Shown piece after piece: positions 24,701 to 36,700 of a stretch of 64,000 bases of DNA. The stretch is from assembly GCA_001724265.1 (NCBI GenBank), contig MEDY01000030.1:1-64000 (forward strand). The letters run 5' to 3'. Source of the stretch: Rhizaria sp. SCN 62-66. Taxonomy: Eukaryota. The position numbers were made by a program, and so were the translations under genes. Position 1 is the first letter of the stretch; each line of letters starts with the position of its first letter. Under the pieces are notes generated by a model that had not been told where the DNA came from, searched no databases, and worked only from the letters and a program-made list of their open reading frames with translations.

Positions 24701-27700
24701 GTCCACATGCAACTAATGCCTTCTTCCTCAGTTGCTGTCTCGTCACCATCAACGCCACTAAGAGCAGAAGTGAAGCGGCGCGTAGCGCAGAAGTAGAGAG
24801 ACACGGGCAGGTAATAGCCACCACCGGCCGAGGTCGAGCACGTAATACGCTGGAACGCGGGCAGGTTGGGCACCGTCGCGACATCCTGAAGCGTGCACGG
24901 CAGCTTGAGGTAAGGCGAAGACAGAAGCTCGTAGCGGACGGCGCGAACACGCGCAATCGAATAGCGGGAAATGAGAGCGTTGGTCCACGGGGCGACATTC
25001 TCACCGGTAAACACACGGAAGGACAGAGTATCACTGCCGGAGGTGTCGACAAGATCAATCGAGCGCACAGTCTCGTTGATGGGGCCAGCCTCGGCGTACT
25101 GCACGGGCATGGGGAGCTTGTCCTCACCGGAGATGCGCATCGTGTAGTTCGCAATGTACGGCGTGCAGACATAGCCACCGACAGTGTTCACGCATTCGGA
25201 ACCAGGGCCGAACATGTCGTCGCAGTGCAGCGTCGCGCACTCATCGATATCAACGCAGTACGGCACAGGGTCCTCCGTCAGAGTGTCAGTCATCGCGTTA
25301 GAGGGCTTCCAGCCGTCGTCCGTGCAGATGAGCGCGGACTCGCGTCCGGGCTGAATCTGGTAGCCGGCCGCGCAGCTCAACACAGCAAGAGAGTTCTTGA
25401 ACGTTGCACCGTAACCACGGTCGATGTACGTCACAGTGCTGTGGCGTTTAGGAGTAACAGCCTTGCAGTTGTTGCGCGTGCACTGCGGGTTGGTGATCGC
25501 GAGATTCGTTTCGGGGTGCACCCAGGTGCCAGAAGGACTGCAAGTCAGTTTGCTGGTGTAGTCTTGGACGACAAATCCGGACTCACACTTGAACTCTGCC
25601 TCAGATCCAAGACGACGCGGGCCATACGTGCCCACAGAGTAGACAATGCGGTCCGTGTTAGCACCGAGACGGAGAGTGGGGCAGGTGACGGCCACGCAGA
25701 GCGGGTCCACGGCGGGCGTCCATTCGACACCCTTCTCGTGGCACGTGCGGATAGCAGCAGACTTGGGCGACACCTCAAAGCCAGGCGAGCAGTAGTAATG
25801 GGCTTCGGAGAGATACGAGCGCTCTTCATTATCGCCGTTGTTGGCGTAGGTAACACTGGCGTTGGTGCGAGTGACCTCACCACAGAGGTGAATCATACAC
25901 ACGGTCTCGTTACCACCCCAAGAGCCGGCAGAGCTACTACCAGGGTCGACGCACGTCTTAGGCGTCGCAGCAACAGTGCGATCAGGGGTCTTGTTGTTAT
26001 TCGAATCAACGCGCTCGCCCTGTGCGTTGTAACCGGTGGGGCAGACCACAGTACCGGAAGTAAGGTACGGCACGCTCGTCGCATTGGCGGCCGCGGCAGG
26101 GATGTACGAAATAGTGGCGTTAGCTGAGGGCGGGAACAGAGCATTGCACTGCAGCACGACGCAGCGAGGCATATCAGTGGCCCAACCATTGGTATCAGTA
26201 CAAGTCTTCGTGGTCGCGCGCGAGCCGAGGTCGCGGATGCGGTAACCTTCCTTACAAGTGAAGGTGGCAGTCGTTCCAGCCGAGAAGGCGCCGTTATCCA
26301 ACTGGTCGCCGGAGTACTCGATCGAAGCCATATTAGCATCGCCTTCATCAGGGTACTCGTCGTACGTAGGGAATGCAAAACAGTCAAGCGACAAGCATGT
26401 GGGACCTGTGCCATTCGTCCACTCCCAGTAACCCGTGGGCGCGCAGTAGGCAGTGTTAGAGTCAGACGTGATCTGGTAGCCCATGTTACATGTGAAGGTC
26501 TGGATCGAGTTGAGCACAGTCAAACCAGACGTCTTACTGTTAGAAACGTAGATCAGCTGTTTAGACTCGCTCTGCGTGTTAGAGTCGATGGGATAGCAAT
26601 CAACAGGTTGGCAGACACCGGGCGGGTCACCATCGCCGCGCAGCCACGTGCCTGTCACAGAGGTAGCAGGGGCACTGGTCGCCAGAGCGCATGACACGGT
26701 CTCAAACACATTGAGCGCACCGTCTTTGACAGGAACCCTCTGCCCAACAACATAACCAGTGATACAGTTAATCTGCACCGCCGCGCCAAAGCGGTTAGTC
26801 TGGTTGCGGTTGTTAGGAGTGATCACGGCACTCGTTGTCGTGGCGGCATCACGCTCATAGGTAGGACAGAGCACGGGCTCGCACGTAAACGACGGGCCCA
26901 CCCACTTCTTTGCCTCGCAGCGCATCGTATCTGAGATAATCGAGACACTCGAGTTGGTACGCTTCGCGTCGTCGGCGAGGTAGTAGCCACGCGCGCACGA
27001 GAAGGTGGCCGTGGTGTAGTGCGAGTACTCAACGCCCGCCCACGATTCGGGGTACCACGACGCGTTGTAGTAGTTGCTCGGGGTGTAAACGATGGTGCTG
27101 CTGTCGAGCGCGCCAATGCTGTGGCAGACGCCGGCACGGAGACGCATGCGCGGGCCTTCAACGTTGTCGTACACAACGCCTTGAATACGAGTGACGACGA
27201 AGTAAGGAATAACGTTGGTACCGGCCTGGTGCGGCGTGTTGGTGTAGAAGTAGAACTCCATCTCTGTCTCGAGGTTCGAGAAGGTAAGGTTGATCGACGT
27301 CGCAGTCGTAGAAGTCATCAGAAGGAAAGGAGCATCGTAGTTGTTGGTGTAGGCCTCAACGACCGCCTTGGACAGGAAGTGACCCTCAATGCCCTGGTAA
27401 GTCGACCCAGAGTCGAGAGCAACACTAAACACAACGGAGCTGTTAGTGCCAGGAGCAACGGGAAGCTGAAGCTTGATGATGGTCGCCGTGTGCGTGGTGA
27501 TCACAGTACGGAGCTCACCGGTGGAGTCAGCCGGCAGCATCTTGACGTAGGGCGCGGGCGTGGTCGCCGAGTCAACTTCGCGATACATCAAAGTACTGAT
27601 GGCCTTTACAGTGAACTCGGTGGAGACGTAGCGCGCGTACACTTCACCGGAGTTGTGCGTGAGCACGATAGCGTTCTTCGTGGGGTTCGACACACGGTTG

Positions 27701-30700
27701 CAGCGCACGGAGAAGACAGCCTGAGCCTCGTTCACAGTGAAAGTGATAACGAAGGTGTTGGCATAAGGGCTGCCTTTGTACGAGAGAAGGCAGGAGCCGT
27801 GGGCAATGTCGTCGTTCTGAATCGTCACACTCAGGTTCGTCATCAAAGCGGGCACAGGGGAGAGCGTGAGGCGGATCGCCGTCTCCTCCACAGCGTTGAG
27901 CACCGTGGGGAACGTGCCGCTGACGAGGTCCGTCATGGTGACGCCACCGGCGACGACGATGCGGCTGCGCGTCGTCGTCGTGGCGTACATCAGGGACGGG
28001 GAAGCAGTCAGCACGCGCACGCTGAGGTAGGGCATCAGCTGGCTACCGGGCAGGGTGCGGCAGCGCAGGATGATAGCACGACGGATCGTGTTGACCGACG
28101 CAGAGGGCGAAGTCACACCACGAGCGATCGTGAGGTCGACGTGGGTCGAGAAGAGTGACTCCAGGTTGGACGGCTCAAGCAGCGAGCCGATCTCATACAG
28201 ACGCAGACCGCAGTTACCAGGATTGGCACCAATGTCGGTGAGCTCGACACGGAAGTCGGTGGCGTCGGGCATCGAAGGCTGAACGAGAAGCGTGAACATC
28301 GTTTGAGCGTCCTTCCGCACGTAACCGTCGAACTGCTGGGTCGGAATGGGGTCGCCGGCGGTCGTAACCTGGATAAAGGTAACAACACCGTTAATCGCCA
28401 TGACGGCCGACTGCTGCTGTGAGAACCAGACTGCAGTGGAGTTGGGCGAGAAGATGAACGAGGGGCCCGTCACGGCAGAGTTGAAGCAGTAAATACCGAC
28501 GCGCAGGACACTCTTCTCGTCCTTGAAGGTAACGGAGGTTGTCTCGGGCACATGCTCCGCGTTGTCACCGACCTCGAGATCGGAATCAGTGTAGTAGCGC
28601 CACATGCGGCACTGACCAGCGGCCGAGGAGAAAGAAATGGTAAACTCGTAGAGAACAGTCGCAACATTTTGCGGGTAGAGCACAACCTGAACCATGTAGG
28701 CGCTCGTGAGCGGGATGGTATCGCCCAGGGGGTCGCCGTAGTTGTTCTGGAACGTACCGTAACCACGAGGGTTGAGGGCAGAGCCGTAGAACTCACTGTA
28801 ACCAATGGCGCCGTTGGCGGGCAGAATGACAATGGACGGACCGACGGCGGCGAGCGACTTGCACTCGTAGCCGAAGGACGCCGAGTACGCCATGGCCTTT
28901 TCAATACTCATCTGGAGCGACTGCACAGCGGTGTTGGAGGAGCCCTCGTAGAGAGCGCAGTTGGCCCAAGCGGCGGGATTGTTACCCGGGTTAACAAGCT
29001 TGACGTCGAACGTGAAGGTCTCGGGCGCGTTGGGGTCCACGTAGAGCCACAGCACGAGACGCTTATCCTGCTGCACGGCAGTCGGCAGCGGCGCGGTGTG
29101 CGACTCACTCGAGGGAGTCAAAAACACGGTACCAGTTGCCTTGATGCCCAGCAGCTGCCAGGTATTGACAATGTGGCGGGCCGGGATGGCGTTCTCAACG
29201 AGAATGTACGTGCTCTCATCGATCGTGGGCTGACTGCACTTGATGTAAACAGAGCGTCCGTTGTCAGCATCGGGGATGTACCCAAGCGTGAGCGGGCCAG
29301 CAGAGTACGCAGTGTTGTCATCGCGCTGCGACGAGACCTTGCAGGTACCGCTACCTCCATCGAAGATCGAGATCTTGACGCTGACCGCCTCCATAAGCGG
29401 CGAAGTCAGGCGGGCGTGGAGCGGAGAGTTGACAGCCAGTGTCTCGGGGATACTGGAGCCATCAAGCAGGGTCATCTCGACCTCGCCCTCGAGCACGAAC
29501 GGCAGCATTACAGTCGGGTAGCTAAAAGTCGAGTCAACGAGCTTGATGAGACTGAACGTGTACGCCGCAGAGGTGTCACGGGTGATACCAGGGCACTCAA
29601 GCTGGATAACATGGCCTGTGTACGAGTTATTGAAAGTCAGCATCATCGTCTTGACATTCGTCTTTGGAACAACTGCGGCGTCATAGAAGTCGCACGCGAA
29701 CACACTAGTGACGGAGACGTTGACGTAAATTTTCTCGCCGATGGGCGGCGCGGGGATGACCTGGATACGAAGTGGCACAATAGACGAGCCATCAAAACGC
29801 GTCGCAGTAGTGTCGTTGACGTCGGGGATGTAGCTGGTGTTGCCGCCCGAGTGGATGAAGTACGTGTGGTGCACAATCTCGGGAACGGACAGTTGCGTGA
29901 TACGGATTTCACCGGTCGCGGAGAACTTCAGAGTGAAAACCTCCTCGTAGAGGTCGCCGACGAGGCGCTGGAGCGTCACGTCGAGGTACTGACCAGCAGT
30001 CGAACCCTCACAGTTGACGTAAAAGGGGTCAGAGATCGGGTCCGCATCGTATGCGACAAAGTCAACAGTATCTAGAGTCAGGTTGAGCGTGCCAGTCGCC
30101 GTGGCGATGATGGAGCACTGACCGGAAGTGGGGCGACTGGTCACCTTGGCCTGGAACATGGTGCCGCGGGACGGGGGCGGCGTGGTCTGGAGACGGAAGC
30201 CCTCCGCGTTGGTGGCAATGAGCAGGAAGCTACCGGTGTAGGACGGGGTCGAAACGATCTCCGTGCCACGAATAACCACCAGCGTACCACGAGTGATGAT
30301 TTGCACGGACTTGGTGGAGTTGTACTCGTGAAGCGGATCAGAGAAGGTCAGATAGAGCTCGTCTTGACTACTCACCATGTTGTCACACTTGATCGAGAGT
30401 GACAGAGTGGTATAGCTCGTGGCCACGTCCAGAACCTGATACAGACCACCAGGACCAGTGGGCAGTGCAACACCACCACGGAAAACCTTGCAGTAGTGCG
30501 TCACACCATCGGGCATCACGGCCGTCGGCGTGATCTCGAAGCTCGTCGAGTTGCGGTACGTCGCAACACCAAGAGTGGCTTGGAATGGGATATCAGTCAG
30601 GGCGTTGAAGACGCGGGTCGAGTTAGCAACAAAGGGCACGAGCGTGATCGTACTGGTCACCTTGGCGAAATTCGTCGTCAGAGTAGCAAACTGAAGGCCA

Positions 30701-33700
30701 GTGGGGTCGCCAGACGAGATCACAAGAGGAGCCTTGTCGCCAGTGTACCTGCAGCGGTACTTGAGAGTTCCCGTCTGCGCGGCGTTGGCCGCCATCGTGA
30801 CCTGACGAGTCGAATCGAGAGACTGGAAGATCGTCCCATCAGTGCTAATGTCACAGCTCGGGTCACCAGTGATATTGAGCAGAAGAGGCGAGGACGACGT
30901 CGTCGTGGAGTCAGGGTGACGAATAATGAAGGACTTGGCAACCATGGCAGTAAGGATATGCTTGCCCGTGTCACCGTTAACAACAGCGTCCGACCAGACC
31001 ATCTCGAGGTCAGCGTGAACCGCGAGCTCGACCAACGTGTTCACATAGAAGCGCTGGACAGGGTACGGGTTGGAGGCCGAGGGCGAGAGCGAAATTTGCG
31101 CACGGGTCGTCGACGTCGCGCAACGCACCCACATGTCGGCCACACCGTGGCTATCCTGCGTGGGGATGACGACGTCGACGGACGGGCTAAAGTTGCCGTC
31201 GGGCGTCGTCGCGAAAGCGCAGCAACCAGGCGACGTGGTAAGAGGAATGCCGGTGCTCGGAGCGTACTGCGCCGCCGTGCACGCACCCGACGGGTAACGC
31301 GGGTCCTTAACCACAACGGCATAGGGAACGAACGAGTTGTCCGAGTGGTAGATGGCTGGCGAGAAAACGACATGCATGTGCTGCTTGCCAGCCTTGATGA
31401 CGGAGAACGTGCCGTCGAGCGTGGGATCAACAATGTTGACCACACCCTCGAGGCCGACAACGGGAACACCGGGCGACAGGGCGACGTCACCGTCAGCGCA
31501 GGTAAGAGCGACGTTGGCGACAAGGTCCATAATGATGTAGTTGGGAACGACAATGTTCGCAAAAACAAGAGAATCAGTTCCGTTAGACGCCAAACTGGGG
31601 ATGGAACACAGCAGCTCAGTCCCGGCCGTATCGAGAGTGCATGCAACAGCGCCACCAAGAGCCTGGCTCGAGACAGAGATGTTACCGACGGCAGTGAACT
31701 GCTTGACACCATTGGGAGGAGGGAAGTCAAGGTCAGCACTGTCGATGTCGAACGTGACGCGGAGACGGCACGACGTCGGGTCGGCCTGAGAAGTAATCGC
31801 ATTGGCAAGAGTTGTCACAGAACCACCCTCAAAGGTCATAGAGAAAAGCTCCGTGCGCTGGAGCTGGCCAGGAACCGTGATCACAGTAGCGGGCTTGCCG
31901 ATCTGCACGACCTTGAGAGATGGGCGCACGTCGAAGAAGCTGACAGTGCCATTCTGGAGCACAGTCATCGTCTGACCGCTCGAGTCGAAGCTCACGCCGA
32001 CGATCGGCTGGACGGGGAGCGAGCTGGCAGGGCTGGACATGGACGTGATCGAGACCTTGGAGCCAACGCAGCTGTAGGCGAAACGGTGCAGAATGCCGCG
32101 AGAGGTACCAACAACGACACCACGGCCACTCGGCAGAACGTCGAACGAGGTAGCACGGTCAGTCTGATAAGTCGAGATGGGCTTGGAGAAAGCAATGACC
32201 GGGCTCGTCGAAACACGCTTCACAATCGCGACGCGTCCATCACCAGTGAGGACCCAGAAGTAGTCACCAGCGACTTGGCTGGCGAGACACGTGTCGAAGG
32301 CGGGGTAGGCAGTGAGGACACGTGAGACTGCCTTGATGCTTGACGGGAGCGAACGTCCCTCCCACGGGTTCAGGACATCAACAGTCCCTTGTGTCGTATT
32401 GCCATTATTAGCGGTGGACGATGTGACTTGCAGCAGGCCATTGTCGTTCTCACGAAACAGACTCCACCAAGGAGAGCTTAAACCGCCCGTCAAAGTGGCA
32501 GAAGACCGCACGAACGAAAAGAGCTGACCACCATCCACGCTGGTAATGCGGCTCGTCGGGAGGATAACCGCACCTGACCGTAAGAAAATTACAGGAACCG
32601 TGCAGGTCGAGGCATAGACACCGGAGAGAATGGAATAACACGGAATAGGACCAACACCAAGCAGCTCGCAAGACCCACGGTCGCGGCTCGTCGCACACGC
32701 TGACATGCGCGTCTTCTCAAAATTCTCAACAGAAATGTCGGTAAGAAAGAGCTTGCCATTGTGGAGAGAAGGCATGCGCTGAAGCATGGCCGCGGTGTTG
32801 GCAGAATTAGAAACAGCGAGAATAAAGCGGCCATTTTCTGCGTTTGTAATGTGCGTGATTGGGGTTGACAAAACTGGTGTTTCCTCGAGCATAGACCAGA
32901 CACCCCCGGAGAAAACGTACGTCAAAATAGAACCTGCCTGTGTACCCACATAGACATTATTTCCATCGTCCGAGGCAGTGAACACCGTAAGAGTGCTCCC
33001 AGCCACGGCGGCCAAGCTCTTTTTGTGGACCCAGCTGGGAGCAGCGTCGAGCAAAACGGCAGGTAGATAAAAGCTAAAACCAGCACACGCAGAAGGAGAA
33101 ATACGTGTTGCGTCAATGCGGACAGTATTCAGCGGAGAAGAAGGGTTGATCACGCTAAATGTGAAGTCCAAGACTGAGCCAACGCCAGTACTAGCCGGGA
33201 AGGTAATCTGGATCTCAATCGGTGACGATGCGTTGAGCCGGCGCGCCGTCACCGTCGCCGTGCCAGCAGAGGACGCAAAGCCGGTGGCAGCGGCATAGGA
33301 CGCCGTCAGAGCGGCAGAAGTCGTGTACGCAACAGGAAGAGCGATGGAGTAGACGAATGCTGCGGATGCCATCTTAGAGAGGATCGAGAGAGTCAAGACA
33401 GTCGCAGTCCCAGGAATCCTTGACGAGGACTGAATACCAACCACATCGTAGCAGAATAAGTTCGTCCTATGGTATTGCAAAGGAGGGCTAGACCTCCATG
33501 CGTTCGGACCAGTCATGATTGGGAACATTGCGCCAGAGGGAGTGATCTCGATGACGGGAACAGTGTTGACACGCATCAACGCCATGCGAGCGTTTTCAGG
33601 CATGAGGTTCAGTGCACCAACAGGATAATACGGCTTGTCTGTCATTGTTGCGGTGTACATAATTTCAAGCACAGCGGAGCTGACGGTAGAAGCGAGTGTG

Positions 33701-36700
33701 AACGAGAACGAGGGCGAATCTGTGTACTTGCGATAGTCGGTGTACTGTGTGGGGAGCGCTGCTGTCAGGCCAAGTGGAGTAGAGCTTGAGTCCAGCACAC
33801 CGTTGGTGATAATGCGCGTAAAGAGAGTAATAGCAGACGCAGTGTCTAAGACTGCGCCAGGGGGCAGAGTAAACTTCACAATAGAGCCCGCAAGAAGAGA
33901 CGAGATGATAGGGAAAGAGTAGACAAAGGTTGCAGGTGACCCCACAAGAAGGGCTGAGGTGCCGAGTGGAGAAGAACTTGCAAATTGAGTCACAAACGAA
34001 CCCGAGACCGACTCTGTGTCAATGTCTAGCTTAACAGGAACAGGCACAATAACACCGCTCGAAAGGCACACATACATGGTGACACCATCAAGCGCGTACT
34101 GCATCGCAGTCACCTCGACAGTGGCCGCGGTTGACGTGAAAATAGATGTCGCCGTCGCGGCAAACTTTTGAGTGGCGACCTCATTGAGCTCCATGTACCA
34201 TGAAGTCAAAATCCTTTCCGCGGAGACAATCCAGAAGGCACGGTTGGCGCCCGCGACCACAAGGTGGACCTGCTGGTTGGCCTTAACAAGAGGGGAAAGT
34301 GCGATCGACACAAAGGGCTGCGTGGTGTCGAGGCGCAGGTGGGCCAGGATCTGAACACTACTCGTAGACAGACTCAGAAGCCAGATATCGCCAGTGGCCG
34401 AAGTGGCAAAGACAATGTCAGGATACACAACACCGCCGGAAGGGAAGGACAAGACACGATCAATCGCAGTCGAGCCGATCATCGAAGGATACCGAGTAAA
34501 GCCAGTCGTAGTTGTCCACACGGCCGACACCAGCGCCGACGAAGTAGAGACAGTACCGACGAGGAGGATGCCCGACTGGGACAGGCCAGTGATGATGGTC
34601 GGAGTCACGACAAGCGTAGCCGAAGGGGCGAGCGAGTGAGCCACAGACACAGCAGTATTGAGAGAGAGCCGGCCCGTCTGCCAGTCATAGACGACCTTAA
34701 GAGTGCGGCCATCGCGCATTGCAATGTAAACATAATGGCCATTAGAAGTGAGCGCGGTGGTGCGGTCAGACGCAAAGGCAATGGATAAGATACCCACGGC
34801 GCGGCTAGCGGGGCTGGTGGGGTCGACGGGAGCCGACAAGGCAGCGAAGTCGCGGTTCAGATCAATAGTCGTCGCGGTCTTGGTGATAAATGAGTAGGAC
34901 GAGATAACACTGCTCTCGTCAGCGGCCACAAGCAGGAAGCGCGAGTCAGGCGATACAGCAGACGCGGTGATAACCTTGGTAAGAGTCACGGAGCCCGACG
35001 CTGCGAGCTGACCATAGTTGCTTGCGTAGGTCGACGGACTCGTACGCGCGAAAAAGTACGCGATGTTAGCGCGGCATGCGACGACGTAATCACCACGGGG
35101 AGTGACATGGAAGCAAGTCATCGAGCCCGTTGAGCCAGCAGTGAAAGATCCTAGAGTGGAGCCAAAGTACGGACTGTTGGAGTAGATCGATGGGCCGGCG
35201 AACAAAAGCGCCGGGGCGAACGGCTCCACCGCACCGGGCATTGCCGCAGTGTGCACCACCACTGCGTGCCGGCCGTAGATGTAAGGTGTGGCAGGCACAG
35301 GGAACTGAACAGTTGCGGTTGTGCCAACAACACACGCAGAATCAGCTGTCACGCGGACGCGTGCGCGGGCCGGGAAGTCAAAGGCGCCAGAGCCCACACC
35401 CAGGTCAGTCTTGATCAGACTGGTGGTTAAATTGCCATGCATAACAGCGCCGGAGGCAACATAGAGGAAGGGAGGAATATCAACTTGGTACTCACACTTC
35501 GAAAACGTGAACGAAATCGGGGTTAAATACGACGTCGAGGACACCTCTTTGGCAATAGAAGAGGTTGAGAGCGGGAGAATAGGAATCTTGTAAGACGACT
35601 CACTCGTCGTACGGACAATGGTGACATCAAACTTGAAATTCGCAATCCAGCCAGTCATGTCATTGGACGCAAAGTCACCAGAAAAGTAGTTCAAATAATC
35701 TCCGGTGAACGTGACATTAGGAATGGCAATGGAGAAAGCGCCTGTGATTGCACTCGGGGTGGTCATGCTGATCGTGTAGATACCTCCGCTTACTGTAGCC
35801 GAGCTGACAGTGAACCCCGTTACAGTAGGAAGTGGGGGAGAATTGAGGAACGTCAATTCGGAGGGCACGGTGATCTTGATTGAGGCGGTTAGGTAGTAGG
35901 GAGACGAGTCATACGCACTCGGCGGCATGGTAGCTGACGGAAGATCATTGACAATGTTGATCGTCAGATCATATGCCTTAGCTGTGGTAGCGGTACTACT
36001 TTTAACAAGCTGTGCATAATTCTTTGACGTCGTGTAGTCGATCTTAGGCACAATTGTAGATAAGGCAGAGTCAATATTAATCGTGGTGGACTGGAGACGC
36101 TTACTAACGGCGAACGAAGTTGCGTTGACATCAACACTGAACCCGAGTTGCAGACCATTGCCGAACTTAATGTGCGTGTACGCCGGGATAGGTAGCCGAG
36201 CAATGTCGACAATGATCGGGGCGCCAGCCTCAAGCATTGAAACACCATTGGCAGCCGTGAGCGACACATAGTAGTAGGTGCGTGCAGCAGTGGTCGATTC
36301 ACGAGTCATAGTCAGGCGAAGGCCAGCAACAATCACCGAAACCTCCGGGAAGTTCGTCACAGACGCATACTCTGGCTGCATCGGCAGGACAAGCTGGACG
36401 CGGCCGTTATCACTCGGCACAATACTTGTGCGGAGGTAAAACTGGGCACGAACATCGTAGCAGTTGGTGGGGGTCGTGTAGGTCTCTAAGCACGGCACAG
36501 CGACGTGCGTCGCAGTGAAACTCTCCGTGACGGCATTGTACGTCGACGAGATGGTCGGGGCAGCCGCAGTGGCGGTACGCCAAATGACAGCCGGATTCGA
36601 CTTATCCACCACTTCAAAGGTCACGGTATCAGAGAGGCCGGTCGGCAGTGCGGCCACCTGCACGTTCTCCCACGTAAAACGCATCACAGCGTTGTAGGCA